NCBI GenBank assembly: GCA_041304525.1 | Contig: JBFYNF010000045.1 | Location: 7,479 to 71,478 of the forward strand | DNA: 64,000 nt | Source of the DNA: Thermoplasmata archaeon | GTDB taxonomy: Archaea; Thermoplasmatota; Thermoplasmata; UBA10834 | Reading direction: 5' to 3' | Shown: positions 34,253 to 43,553 of the stretch, one piece after another | Layout of the letters: each line of letters starts with the position of its first letter | Numbering within the stretch: position 1 is the first letter of the stretch | The notes under the pieces: model-generated | The model's database searches: none | What the model was told of the DNA's origin: nothing | Seen by the model: only the letters and a program-made list of their open reading frames with translations | Position numbers and translations under genes: made by a program

Positions 34253-37200
34253 GCCACCGTGAGTAGGACGGCGCTCACGAGCACGATGCTCGTTGTTCTG
34301 CTCCTCCCGATGACGCTCATGGTCCTGCTCCAAGGACCGCCGGCGCCGTCCGCTCACGCATTTCCCATAGACGATTTTGGGAGCAGCATCAGACTCACTT
34401 TCGACCAAGCCATATCGACCAACGTATCCTCCAGCGTGGATGACGACGGCAATATACACGTCGTGTGGGAAGACTACAGGTCCGGGGCCGGGGACATCTA
34501 CTACATGAAGCTGGACGACGAAGGCAACAAACTCACCAACGACGCGAAGATATCCAACGACACCACCGCATCCCGGAACCCATCGGTGGCAGCTGACTCG
34601 GACGGACACATATACATCGTGTGGGAGGATGTGGACAACGGCTCGTCTGAGCTATTGTTCGCGAAGCTGTGGTACTACGAGGGCAACATCACATTCCAGG
34701 AGAATGGGCTCCAGGTATCGGACAGCGACCCCGCGAACTCGACTGAGCCGGACATCGCCGTGTGCCAGGACGGCAACCTATCCTTGGTTTGGACCGACGC
34801 TCGGCACGACGCCGGCGACGGCAACCTGGAGATCTACTATAAGCGCCTGAGGATGTCAGGGACCTCTCTCACACCCGATACGCGCGTGACTGGAGACGTT
34901 GGACGGTCTGAACACCCGAGGCTCGATACAGACTCTGATGGTATGGTCCACATCGTCTGGTACGATTTCAGGGACTCCAGTAACGGCCTGGTGATCAACC
35001 ACGGCGTGTTCTACAGGAAGGTCATAATGGACGGCACGCCCCTGACACCCGAGACGAGGATCACCTTCGCTTCACCTCAGTCGAGGCCTGACATAGCAAT
35101 AGACACTGATGGAAACGTACACGTGGTCTTCGACGACGACCGGTATGCGAGTTTCGACATATTCTACACGCTCCTCGACCCTGACGGGAACACACTCGTG
35201 GATGACAGGAACATCTCACCCAAAGACGACAACGAGTCCAGATGCCCCAGGATAGCCCTGAGCGACTCCAACGCAGTCGATGTCGTGTGGCAGGACCAGA
35301 CGTCCGGTCTATGGGCCATCCACTACTCCGCGATGAACTACAACGGTGAAATCGAGGTCTACGACCAAGGACTGACTTCAGAAACGGTCGGGAACGCCAC
35401 CATCCCTGTGGCGATGTGCGCGAATGACAACAACACCCTCGTGATGTATGTGGGCGACTATCCGAACATGGAGGTGTTCTTCTCAAGGACTCACAGGCCG
35501 GATCCGGCGGTGCTCGCGGGCGGGATTTCCATGTCATCCACCCAACCACTGATCGGGACCACTGTCTGGGTCAATGCGACCGTGTGGAACCTCGAAGGGG
35601 ATGCCCTAACGGATCTGGCTGTCCGCCTGATGGTCGATTCGGTGGCGGTCGAAGACGCCACTGTAGCCTACCTAGTAGCAGGGCACTCAACCGTCGTCAG
35701 TTTCTCACACACAGCGTCCGAAGGCGAGACCATCGTGACTGTGGCCGTCGACCCTGATCAGACCGTAAGGGAGACATTTGAGACCAACAACCAACAGTCA
35801 GCCCCTATGCTCGTCCGGACGCCCGGGGTCGTTCTGACGTCCGACGTCAGCAGCCAATCTGCTGAGCCCGACGAGACGGCCATATTCAACATCACAATCA
35901 CCAACGAAGGCAACACGGCGTTCTCATTCTGTCTGTCGAACTCCGAACCTGAGAGCGGCTGGATCATTGACCTGGGTGGCTCGCCTGAGGGCATCTACAC
36001 GGTTCCCGCAGGCTCGTCGGCCGTGGCTACTGTTGAGGTCACGGTTCCCGAGGATGAGACGCCTGGAGCGCGTGCGTTCTCCGTGCTCGCCACATGCGTC
36101 GAAAGAGACTCCGTCAACGACAGCGTCACCCTCATGGTGGATGTCGTCAGGTTCGGCGAACTGACTGTTGTATCGTCCGACGGAGGAGATGTCGAGCCGA
36201 CCATCCCTGAGCTATACACGTTCACTGTCTCAAACTCGGCCAACGCCAATGAGACCTTCGCGGTCTCGGCCTCCGACCTCCTCGGATGGGACCTCGTCGC
36301 TTCCCATGACGAGCTGGAGCTCGCACCCGGTGAGGAGGCTGAGGTGTCCGTGCTCGTGACGCCTGCTAGGTACGATCCCCCGGGCACACTGAATACGCTC
36401 ACGTTGACCCTGTCATCCATGAACTTGACCTGGAACACAGTGGAAGGGAACTTACTCATGATCGTGGGGCATCACTGGGAGGTCGACGCCAAGCTGACGC
36501 AACAGGCGTTCCTCAACATGTCTGTGCCAGATGAGAGAGAGGTCAGGTACATCCTCGATGTGACGAACCTAGGCAACTCAGATGATGTGTTCAGGCTGAG
36601 TCTATCGGGGATTGATGCGTTCTGGGCCACCCTGAACACGACCTATGTGTTCCTCGGAGCCGGGGACGAGCAGCAAGTCTACATATCCCTCACACCAGGC
36701 GTGGACGTGCTCGCAGGCGCATACCCTTTCAATGTGACCGTCGTGTCGGAATCCGACGACAATGCGACGGAGACCCTGGAGATGGGAGTGTCCGTGTTGC
36801 CGTTCTACGACATCTCAGTATCGGCTGAGTTCGCACAGGTGAGCCTACGACGAGGAGAGACCGCGTTCGTCAACCTGACGGTCCGGAACACCGGCAATTC
36901 GGCGGATGTCGTCGACCTGTACGCGTACGTGGGCGCCCTAAACACGACAACGGCTACCTTTGTGGGTGAGGTGGTGTCACTGGAAACGGGAGACCCCATC
37001 CTCATCGCTCTGGAACCCGGAGGGTCTGCCACAATCATGCTGACGATACCGGTTCCCGGAGATGTCGAGATCGGCTTGCAGGACTTGTGCATGGACTTCA
37101 GTTCCATGACCGACCCGAGCGTTATGGCATCTCAGACCGTCAGTGTGCTAGTAGAGGATGACCCGTCTTGGTTCACTCTGTGGGTCATACTGATCATAGT

Positions 37201-37351
37201 CGGCGCAGCAGTGGCCGTCGTGGTCCTCGTCGTGTTCCTGATACTCAGGAAGAGGAGGGCAGAGGAGGTCGCAAGGGAGGAGGAGCGGCGGAAGATGCAG
37301 GCAAGGAAGAGGCCTCCGGGGCCCCCGAGGGTCAAACCGAAAGCGCCGTGA
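34250..37351 (+). CDS. large cell-surface protein: signal peptide, six-bladed beta-propeller-like repeats, CARDB-like and several Ig-like domains, C-terminal TM anchor with basic tail
   Basis: Six repeats of the type D.DG..H(I/V)VW.D.R.G..DIYY. Segment ..VTVAVDPDQTVRETFETNNQQS matches the CARDB E.nE.NN end. Many N-x-S/T sequons. End is WVILIIVGAAVAVVVLVVFLILRKRR. Confidence 0.7.
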   Translation: MATVSRTALTSTMLVVLLLPMTLMVLLQGPPAPSAHAFPIDDFGSSIRLTFDQAISTNVSSSVDDDGNIHVVWEDYRSGAGDIYYMKLDDEGNKLTNDAKISNDTTASRNPSVAADSDGHIYIVWEDVDNGSSELLFAKLWYYEGNITFQENGLQVSDSDPANSTEPDIAVCQDGNLSLVWTDARHDAGDGNLEIYYKRLRMSGTSLTPDTRVTGDVGRSEHPRLDTDSDGMVHIVWYDFRDSSNGLVINHGVFYRKVIMDGTPLTPETRITFASPQSRPDIAIDTDGNVHVVFDDDRYASFDIFYTLLDPDGNTLVDDRNISPKDDNESRCPRIALSDSNAVDVVWQDQTSGLWAIHYSAMNYNGEIEVYDQGLTSETVGNATIPVAMCANDNNTLVMYVGDYPNMEVFFSRTHRPDPAVLAGGISMSSTQPLIGTTVWVNATVWNLEGDALTDLAVRLMVDSVAVEDATVAYLVAGHSTVVSFSHTASEGETIVTVAVDPDQTVRETFETNNQQSAPMLVRTPGVVLTSDVSSQSAEPDETAIFNITITNEGNTAFSFCLSNSEPESGWIIDLGGSPEGIYTVPAGSSAVATVEVTVPEDETPGARAFSVLATCVERDSVNDSVTLMVDVVRFGELTVVSSDGGDVEPTIPELYTFTVSNSANANETFAVSASDLLGWDLVASHDELELAPGEEAEVSVLVTPARYDPPGTLNTLTLTLSSMNLTWNTVEGNLLMIVGHHWEVDAKLTQQAFLNMSVPDEREVRYILDVTNLGNSDDVFRLSLSGIDAFWATLNTTYVFLGAGDEQQVYISLTPGVDVLAGAYPFNVTVVSESDDNATETLEMGVSVLPFYDISVSAEFAQVSLRRGETAFVNLTVRNTGNSADVVDLYAYVGALNTTTATFVGEVVSLETGDPILIALEPGGSATIMLTIPVPGDVEIGLQDLCMDFSSMTDPSVMASQTVSVLVEDDPSWFTLWVILIIVGAAVAVVVLVVFLILRKRRAEEVAREEERRKMQARKRPPGPPRVKPKAP

Positions 37352-37438
37352 TGGGGTGCCAGCAGGTTCCCGGACATGAATTGTGGACCCGGAAAGCTTT
37401 AAGTACAGTACCCGATTATCGGGAATCAGGTGATTTAA

Positions 37439-37654
37439 TTGATGAAACCCCTGGCAGTTCTGAACAAGGCGATCAACCAGCAGGTTATCGTGGAGCTAAA
37501 GGGGAAGAGGGGATACCGCGGAACCCTCGACGGATACGACCCTCACATGAACCTCGTACTGAGGAATGCTGAGGAGATACTCGACACGAAGGTCACCCGA
37601 AAGATGGAGGCCATCATCGTCCGCGGAGACAACGTCATATACATATCCCCGTGA
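37439..37654 (+). CDS. archaeal Sm-like protein (SmAP1/LSm)
   Basis: 71 aa with Sm1/Sm2 motifs ([26 protein letters not shown] ... [13 protein letters not shown]). Confidence 0.85.
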   Translation: MMKPLAVLNKAINQQVIVELKGKRGYRGTLDGYDPHMNLVLRNAEEILDTKVTRKMEAIIVRGDNVIYISP

Positions 37655-37665
37655 GGTAGGACAGG

Positions 37666-37833
37666 ATGACCAAGGGTACCCCGTCGATGGGCAAGAGAAG
37701 CTCCAAGAAGACGCACATCGTCTGCAGACGATGCGGCAAGAGAGCATACCATGTGCGCCACAAGACCTGTGCTTCGTGCGGCTTCGGTGCGACTGCCAAG
37801 ATCAGGACATACAACTGGGCCAAGCAGCACTGA
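37666..37833 (+). CDS. rpl37e: 50S ribosomal protein L37e
   Basis: 55 aa, [40 protein letters not shown] (C4 zinc ribbon). Classic Sm-L37e gene pair. RBS GGTAGGA. Confidence 0.85.
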   Translation: MTKGTPSMGKRSSKKTHIVCRRCGKRAYHVRHKTCASCGFGATAKIRTYNWAKQH

Positions 37834-39281
37834 TGAAACGCTTTCCTTTGAACTGGGGGTTGAGGTCAACGGAGCCTGATCACCCGAGGGAAGAGTGTGG
37901 GGTTTTCGCAACTGCGTCAGTGACGAACGTATCGATAGACATATTCTATGCGCTGAGGGTCCTCCAACACAGAGGTCAGGAGTCCGCAGGCATCGCGGTC
38001 TACAACCACGAGGGGATCAAGTGCATCAAGGGCATGGGGCTCGCCCATCAGGCGCTGAAACCAGATGAGGTCCAGTCCCTCAAGGGGGACTTGGGCATAG
38101 GCCATGTCCGGTATTCGACCGTCGGGTCTTCCACGATAAGCAACGCGCAGCCTTTCGTGGTGTCGACCAACTACGGCGACATCGCCCTCGCGCACAACGG
38201 CGAGATAGTCAACGCCGACAAGATCATGGACGAGCTCAAGAAGAAGGGCTGGGCGTTCATAACATCATCTGATTCGGAGATCATCGTAAGGCTCATGGCG
38301 AACGAGATATCCACCACGGGCGACCCTATCAGGGCCATCAAGAATGTCATGTCCATGATACAGGGAGCGTACTCGCTCACGGTCATGGTGGACAACCGCG
38401 TGTTCGCGGTCCGGGATCCGCTCGGCATACGCCCATTGTGCGTCGGCAGGACGAAGACGGGCTATGCTGCAGCATCTGAGAGCGTCGTGTTCGACACGCT
38501 CGGTGGGGAGTTCATCAGGGATGTCGAGCCCGGGGAGATAGTCGAGTTGCTCCAGGGCGAGATCAAGTCCCACAAGACCGGCCTCGCGAGGGGCAGGGCG
38601 CACTGCATGTTTGAGTGGGTCTACATCGCGAGGGCCGACTCGATCATCGAGGAGAAGCTCGTGTACGAGGTCAGGAGGCGCATAGGCGAGCGACTCGCGA
38701 AGGAGCAGCCGGTGCAGGCCGACGTCGTGGTGCCTATCCCTGACTCGGGAAGGTCTCACGCGATGGGGTACGCAGAGGGGTCGGGTATCAGGTACTCCGA
38801 GGGTCTCATGAAGAACCGGTATGTCGAGCGCACGTTCATCATGCCCGAGCAGTCGGACAGGACCACGAGCGTCATGCTCAAGCTCAACCCGCTCAAGAGC
38901 GTGATAAAGGACAAGAGGGTCGTCCTCGTGGACGACTCCATAGTCCGGGGCACGACAATGAGGAAGATCGTGCAGCTCGTAAGGAATGCGGGAGCCAAAG
39001 AGGTCCATGTGAGAGTGGGCTCTCCCCCGATTATCGCCCCATGCTACTTCGGCATCGACATGAAGACCAGGGACCAGTTCGCGGCTACGGGCAGGACGGT
39101 CGAGGAGATCGGGAAGATGCTCACGGCTGACAGCCTCGGATACATATCGGTCGAGGGACTCGTCGACGCCATCGGCCTGCCCGCTGGCGACCTGTGCCTC
39201 GCGTGTCTGACTGAGGAGTATCCCTTGGCCGTACCTGGGGAGAAGGTCCGGTACCAGAAGAAGCTGGACTCGTTCGCTTGA
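37833..39281 (+). CDS. purF: amidophosphoribosyltransferase (PurF) with an N-terminal propeptide of about 20 aa
   Basis: Catalytic CGVFA (Ntn Cys) preceded by [21 protein letters not shown]. Glutamine amidotransferase and PRTase blocks (VVLVDDSIVRGTT). ATG overlaps the L37e stop (TGATG). C-terminal Cys cluster CYFGIDM..C..C. Confidence 0.85.
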   Translation: MKRFPLNWGLRSTEPDHPREECGVFATASVTNVSIDIFYALRVLQHRGQESAGIAVYNHEGIKCIKGMGLAHQALKPDEVQSLKGDLGIGHVRYSTVGSSTISNAQPFVVSTNYGDIALAHNGEIVNADKIMDELKKKGWAFITSSDSEIIVRLMANEISTTGDPIRAIKNVMSMIQGAYSLTVMVDNRVFAVRDPLGIRPLCVGRTKTGYAAASESVVFDTLGGEFIRDVEPGEIVELLQGEIKSHKTGLARGRAHCMFEWVYIARADSIIEEKLVYEVRRRIGERLAKEQPVQADVVVPIPDSGRSHAMGYAEGSGIRYSEGLMKNRYVERTFIMPEQSDRTTSVMLKLNPLKSVIKDKRVVLVDDSIVRGTTMRKIVQLVRNAGAKEVHVRVGSPPIIAPCYFGIDMKTRDQFAATGRTVEEIGKMLTADSLGYISVEGLVDAIGLPAGDLCLACLTEEYPLAVPGEKVRYQKKLDSFA

Positions 39282-39485
39282 TGGACCCCGGCGACCTCAC
39301 TCGACATCGGCCTTGAGACTCTTCAACGATTGTGCCAATCTTTGATTCTTGTCCCACAAAGCACTACCCCATTCACCTTGGTGACTGATGACAGGAGACT
39401 AACAGGGCACGGAGCGGGACCGTCGAGGACGCCGCCAGACTGGACACGGGCGGCCTCGAATGGAAGACACCAAGGAAGTGAGGAT

Positions 39486-39827
39486 ATGAGGAAGGAGTTC
39501 GAGAGCGAGTTGGCGAGACAGGTATCAGGAAAGAAGAGACTCAGCAGGGCCTGGGTCATGTTGGCACTCTGTGCTGCCATTTTGGTCAGCGGGGCAGCGG
39601 CCGTGACGGCCGTAGCCGCAGGCAATGGAGATCAGCTCCAAACCCAGGACCAGCTCAAGGACGGTTCGTGCGACGACTGCGACGGCGACGGCATCTGCGA
39701 TTACGACCTAGACGGTGACGGTGTCTGTGACAATGATTGCACGTGCGACTGTGACGGCGACGGGATCTGCGACAACGACTCCGATGGAGACGGGGTCTGC
39801 GACTACCAAGAGGATTGCGTCGCCTGA
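39486..39827 (+). CDS. small membrane-anchored Asp/Cys-rich repeat protein (four DGDG(I/V)CD repeats; dockerin/TSP3-like Ca-binding-loop pattern)
   Basis: ATG 39486 with GTGAGGA RBS. Signal-anchor AWVMLALCAAILVSGAAAVTAVAA, then SCDDCDGDGICDYDLDGDGVCDNDCTCDCDGDGICDNDSDGDGVCDYQEDC. The repeat is also visible at the DNA level. Confidence 0.5.
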   Translation: MRKEFESELARQVSGKKRLSRAWVMLALCAAILVSGAAAVTAVAAGNGDQLQTQDQLKDGSCDDCDGDGICDYDLDGDGVCDNDCTCDCDGDGICDNDSDGDGVCDYQEDCVA

Positions 39828-39886
39828 AGCGCCAGTGCTGAGTCGATTAGTCCTGGCAACGGATAGTGGTTGAAACCCATTCAGAA

Positions 39887-39914
39887 CCTGTCGGGGACGA
39901 GTCGCCCCGACAGG
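39887..39914 (+). terminator. perfect 10-bp stem hairpin after the Asp/Cys-rich gene
   Basis: CCTGTCGGGG-acgagtcg-CCCCGACAGG; T-poor 3' flank, so terminator function is uncertain. Confidence 0.3.
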
Positions 39915-40008
39915 CGATCAGTATTCTCCCGTTCCCCGCCTTGGAGAATGTAGGAAGGCAGACCGGGGAAGCTTTAATTACACCTACCATATACATCGAC
40001 AGCCCACA

Positions 40009-40080
40009 TGGGCCGGTAGATCAGCGGCAGATCGCTCGCTTGGCATGCGAGAGGTCGCGAGTTCAAATCTCGCCCGGTCC
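40009..40080 (+). tRNA. tRNA-Ala (anticodon GGC)
   Basis: Manual fold: GGGCCGG acceptor with the G3:U70 Ala identity pair, D arm GATC/GATC, anticodon loop TTGGCAT, T arm GCGAG-TTCAAAT-CTCGC, discriminator A. CCA not encoded. AT-rich box GCTTTAATTAC about 30 nt upstream. Confidence 0.85.
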
Positions 40081-40267
40081 ACACTCATTTTCCGGACATC
40101 ACTCGCACAGTCAGGGATACCATCCTCCGAGCATCTCGTCCAGGGCGACCGCCTTGTCATCCACATGCTCCTTCGTCACGACGAGAGGCGTTAGGACGGA
40201 CGAGATTGGCTGACGAGGCATCCGCTCACATGTCCGTCGGTGCAGCTCAGGGGCATCGGTGGCCGAA

Positions 40268-41296
40268 TCAGTAGATACTTCCGCCTGGCTGAGTTGATGC
40301 AAGAACGCCATCGACCGCGCTCAGCGTGTACTCCACCCCTCCGGCCCCCGTCCACGACGCGAGGTCGAATTCTGATGTCATCGTCATCTTGAACACGGAT
40401 ATGCCCGTGAAGGTCAGTGGCGTCTTGGGCTGGCAGACCTCGGGCGCGTGAGTTGTCATGAGGAAGTAGGCAGCGCCTGTCCCGTCGTTGCACGCGTCGA
40501 ACAGGGTCACATCTCCATATTCGTCCACGGCCAACGCGACCTTCTCGTCGATGCCTATGCCCATCGCCACGGAGGCCCATCCATCCTGGACAATGCGCGC
40601 CATGAATGTCACGAGCCGGCCCATCCTATCCCTCGCCACGAAATGGCTGTCGGTGATCTTGTCGTCCATGTTCGGCATGGTGAGGAAGTCCTGCTCAAGG
40701 GTCAACCTCGGGTGATACGGGTTCGTCAGAGCCTCATCCGAGTCGATTGTGTTCCTCTCGGCGGAGAAGGAGAACTCGCCGAGCACCGCGAGGCCCGCAC
40801 TCGTGCCCCCGATCGGCGCGCCCTTGTCGCGCACATAGTGTATCGCATCCTCGACTGGGGTTCCCTTCCACATCCTCACATAATCCCACTGGTTGCCTCC
40901 CGCGATGAAGAGCGCATCGGCGTTGCGGATCTTGTCAAGCACGAAGACGTCGGAGCACGCCTCGTCCTTCAAGAAGATTATGGTCTCGCACGAATCGACG
41001 CCTCCAAGCTGTTTGAATATCCATGGGTTGTAAGCGTCGGTCCCAGAACAACGTATCACTACGAAGTCACCGCCGCCCGATCTCGCAATCATCCACTGCA
41101 TGGCCTCGGCGACGTCCGTGTCCCCGCCTGCTAGAAGCAGACCGGGGGTGGTCACCGTGTCGACGTCGGCGGGGTCCCCGTCTACATAGTACTCATAAGT
41201 CGCCTTCGCACCCGATGCCGACAACGATACCATCGTTGTCGACAGCACCATGATGAAAACCAAAGTCCCTGCTACAGCACGCTTCGCGAGATACAC
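40268..41296 (-). CDS. secreted peptidase S51 family protein (cyanophycinase / dipeptidase E-like)
   Basis: Signal peptide, then ..LFIAGGNQWDY.. and ..APIGGTSAGLAVLG.. (Ser nucleophile motif of the S51 family). Confidence 0.7.
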   Translation of the reverse strand: MYLAKRAVAGTLVFIMVLSTTMVSLSASGAKATYEYYVDGDPADVDTVTTPGLLLAGGDTDVAEAMQWMIARSGGGDFVVIRCSGTDAYNPWIFKQLGGVDSCETIIFLKDEACSDVFVLDKIRNADALFIAGGNQWDYVRMWKGTPVEDAIHYVRDKGAPIGGTSAGLAVLGEFSFSAERNTIDSDEALTNPYHPRLTLEQDFLTMPNMDDKITDSHFVARDRMGRLVTFMARIVQDGWASVAMGIGIDEKVALAVDEYGDVTLFDACNDGTGAAYFLMTTHAPEVCQPKTPLTFTGISVFKMTMTSEFDLASWTGAGGVEYTLSAVDGVLASTQPGGSIY

Positions 41297-41438
41297 GATC
41301 CCCTCGCCCCCAAAAGCGAAACGGGTTGAGGGTTACATTATGGTTCCGCCAGTAGCCTTCTGACCGTCCCGGATGAGGAGGCAGGCCGGCCAAGGACGGA
41401 CCTCGCCATACAACGGACGCGACGGAGTGAGCGACACC

Positions 41439-41445
41439 TATATAT
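41439..41445 (+). promoter_or_regulatory. candidate TATA box (TATATAT) for the SO-domain/ECF operon
   Basis: About 50 nt upstream of ATG 41496 in the divergent intergenic region. RBS GAGGAG precedes the ATG. Confidence 0.4.
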
Positions 41446-41495
41446 CAGGGGCCGTCATCAGCGTTATGCTTCAATGAGCATATAGAGGAGATACA

Positions 41496-43544
41496 ATGAG
41501 CGAAGACTCCAAAGTGATCAATGAGAACCCCGAATCCGGGACGGAATCCGAAAGCATAAGCCCGCCTAAGAAGACGGGCGTCTCCCCCGCGATGAAGATG
41601 GTTGCATTGGCAGCCGTAGTCATCCTCCTGGTGGCAGTGCCCATGGGGTACTTCATCCTGAGCCAGGACGATGATGAGGAGGCAAACTTCTCGGTCGCGC
41701 TCACCGGCAAGGGCGGAGAGGAGGAGACCGCGGATCTTGCATCGCTCGAGGACATGGACTTCGTAGAGAACATCTCATCGTACCAGAACAGGTTCAACAA
41801 CTGGAATGGCCTGGGGACATATGGTGGCGTTGAGCTCAGGGACCTCGCGGACCTCGTCGGCGGGATGGCCGAAGGGGACGTGATGACAGTGACCGCCTCC
41901 GACGGATACGCCGTCAACCTGTCGTACGAGCAGGTCTACGCAGGCACGGAGTTCCTCGCAGTCCAGGGCCAGATCATCCTCGCATACGAGTTCAATGGAA
42001 GCCTCATGACGGAGGAGGACTGGCCCATGATAGCCGTCCTCGCCCCGGACGAGGCGTTCAGCAACGACGACTTCAACGCGACAGCCCCGGACGCGCCCGA
42101 GTTCGAGATGCTCACTTCGGCAGGGTCGCTCTGGGTCAAGATGGTCTCGAGTATCGAGATCGGCGAGCTGCAGGAACAGGATGTCGTCCTCACGGTCGAT
42201 GGCACAACGACGGTCGACCTCACGATGTACGAGCTGGAGAACCTGGAGTCGCTCACGTCGAACGGCAGCTTCATCAAGTCGACGGGGACTGTCGAAGGAC
42301 CGTTCGAGTTCACCGGCGTGGCTCTGAAGGACCTCGTCGACCTCGTGTACTCGGGCGACGACTACTCAGTCGAGGTGGTCGCCACTGACGGTTACGCCAT
42401 GACCTACAATTACTCGCAGGTCGAGAACGGCACTTTCGAGCAATACGACTCCGCAGGGACATCCCTGGGGTTCGACAACTTCACGATGGTCGTGGCTTAT
42501 GCGCAGGACGGATTACCCCTGGTAGACATGGTCCTGCGCATAGCCATCATTGACGACAGCGAACCGATCACGGACGGCCACTTCTGGGCCAAGTATGTCC
42601 GCACGGTGAATGTGTTGTCACCCGTGCGGGAGTACACACTAGAACTCAACGGCACGACGGTCTACGAGATGGACAGACAGACCTTCGAATCCGTCGCATC
42701 CTGCGACTACCATGCAGCCAGCTGGTCCTTCGAGAACGAAACTGGGACGCACACCTACACAGGCGTCGCCCTTTGGACGCTCGTATCAGCGGTCGACGGC
42801 GCGGACGGACCGGACACTGAGTATCTGTTCAACGACCTGCTCGCCTTCGAGGGATACATTGTGAGGGTCACTGCCGAGGATGGCTACAACAAGGCCTTCA
42901 CATCGATGCAGGTCGCCCGGAACGATACTATCATCGTTGCCAACAAGCTCGACGGCGAGCCGCTGCCGGACGATGAGTGGCCCCTTAAGATCGTCGGCGA
43001 CTGGCTGGCCAGCAACCTGAAGGTCAGCCAGGTTGTGAACATATCCCTCGAGGATCTCCAACCAGTTCCTGACTGGGAACTCACCATCGTCGGCACCGAG
43101 ACGGTGACGATCAGTGCTGAGACCTTCGCGTCGATATACTACTCCGGCCTCCACGGAACATGGTTCAACTACACGAACTACGGCGGATGGCATGCGACGT
43201 ACCACAACTACACCGACGACGAGCTGGTTGACCACACATACGCGGGCATTCCGCTCTGGGTGCTGATCGCAGCCGTCGACGGCGAGGACCTATACCACTA
43301 CGAGTTCAACGACACCCTCGCAGAAGCCGGGTACGATGTGAAGGTCATCGCATCGGACGACTACAACACGACGTTCTCGATAGATGACGTCGCGTACAAC
43401 AACAGCTTCGTCGTCGCGTTCATGCTGGACTGGATGGCCCTGATCGATGACGAGTACCCGCTCAAGCTCACGAGTGAGTACCTGTTCGGGTCACAGAAGA
43501 TCAAGTCCGTAGCAACGATCGAACTGATAGGACTGCCCGCGTGA
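41496..43544 (+). CDS. membrane-anchored extracytoplasmic protein with four tandem sulfite-oxidase-fold (Moco-domain-like, apparently non-catalytic) repeats
   Basis: N-terminal TM MKMVALAAVVILLVAVPMGYFIL. Four repeats of the type [YF]TGV.L.DL..LV.G.....(V/T).A.DGY...(F/Y)......dG.PL.dde.PL.(I/L)..........K.V..I.L. For example HTYTGVALWTLVSAVDG..IVRVTAEDGYNKAF..LDGEPLPDDEWPLKIVGDWLASNLKVSQVVNISL, matching the YedY/sulfite oxidase NGePL..hGaPlRlvvP..G...vKW...I.v pattern without the Moco cysteine. Confidence 0.7.
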   Translation: MSEDSKVINENPESGTESESISPPKKTGVSPAMKMVALAAVVILLVAVPMGYFILSQDDDEEANFSVALTGKGGEEETADLASLEDMDFVENISSYQNRFNNWNGLGTYGGVELRDLADLVGGMAEGDVMTVTASDGYAVNLSYEQVYAGTEFLAVQGQIILAYEFNGSLMTEEDWPMIAVLAPDEAFSNDDFNATAPDAPEFEMLTSAGSLWVKMVSSIEIGELQEQDVVLTVDGTTTVDLTMYELENLESLTSNGSFIKSTGTVEGPFEFTGVALKDLVDLVYSGDDYSVEVVATDGYAMTYNYSQVENGTFEQYDSAGTSLGFDNFTMVVAYAQDGLPLVDMVLRIAIIDDSEPITDGHFWAKYVRTVNVLSPVREYTLELNGTTVYEMDRQTFESVASCDYHAASWSFENETGTHTYTGVALWTLVSAVDGADGPDTEYLFNDLLAFEGYIVRVTAEDGYNKAFTSMQVARNDTIIVANKLDGEPLPDDEWPLKIVGDWLASNLKVSQVVNISLEDLQPVPDWELTIVGTETVTISAETFASIYYSGLHGTWFNYTNYGGWHATYHNYTDDELVDHTYAGIPLWVLIAAVDGEDLYHYEFNDTLAEAGYDVKVIASDDYNTTFSIDDVAYNNSFVVAFMLDWMALIDDEYPLKLTSEYLFGSQKIKSVATIELIGLPA

Positions 43545-43553
43545 GACCAGACC

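Noticed and set aside
39866-40213. 115-aa plus-strand ORF spanning tRNA-Ala
   Set aside because: Contains the entire tRNA-Ala sequence. No RBS, and composition not gene-like.
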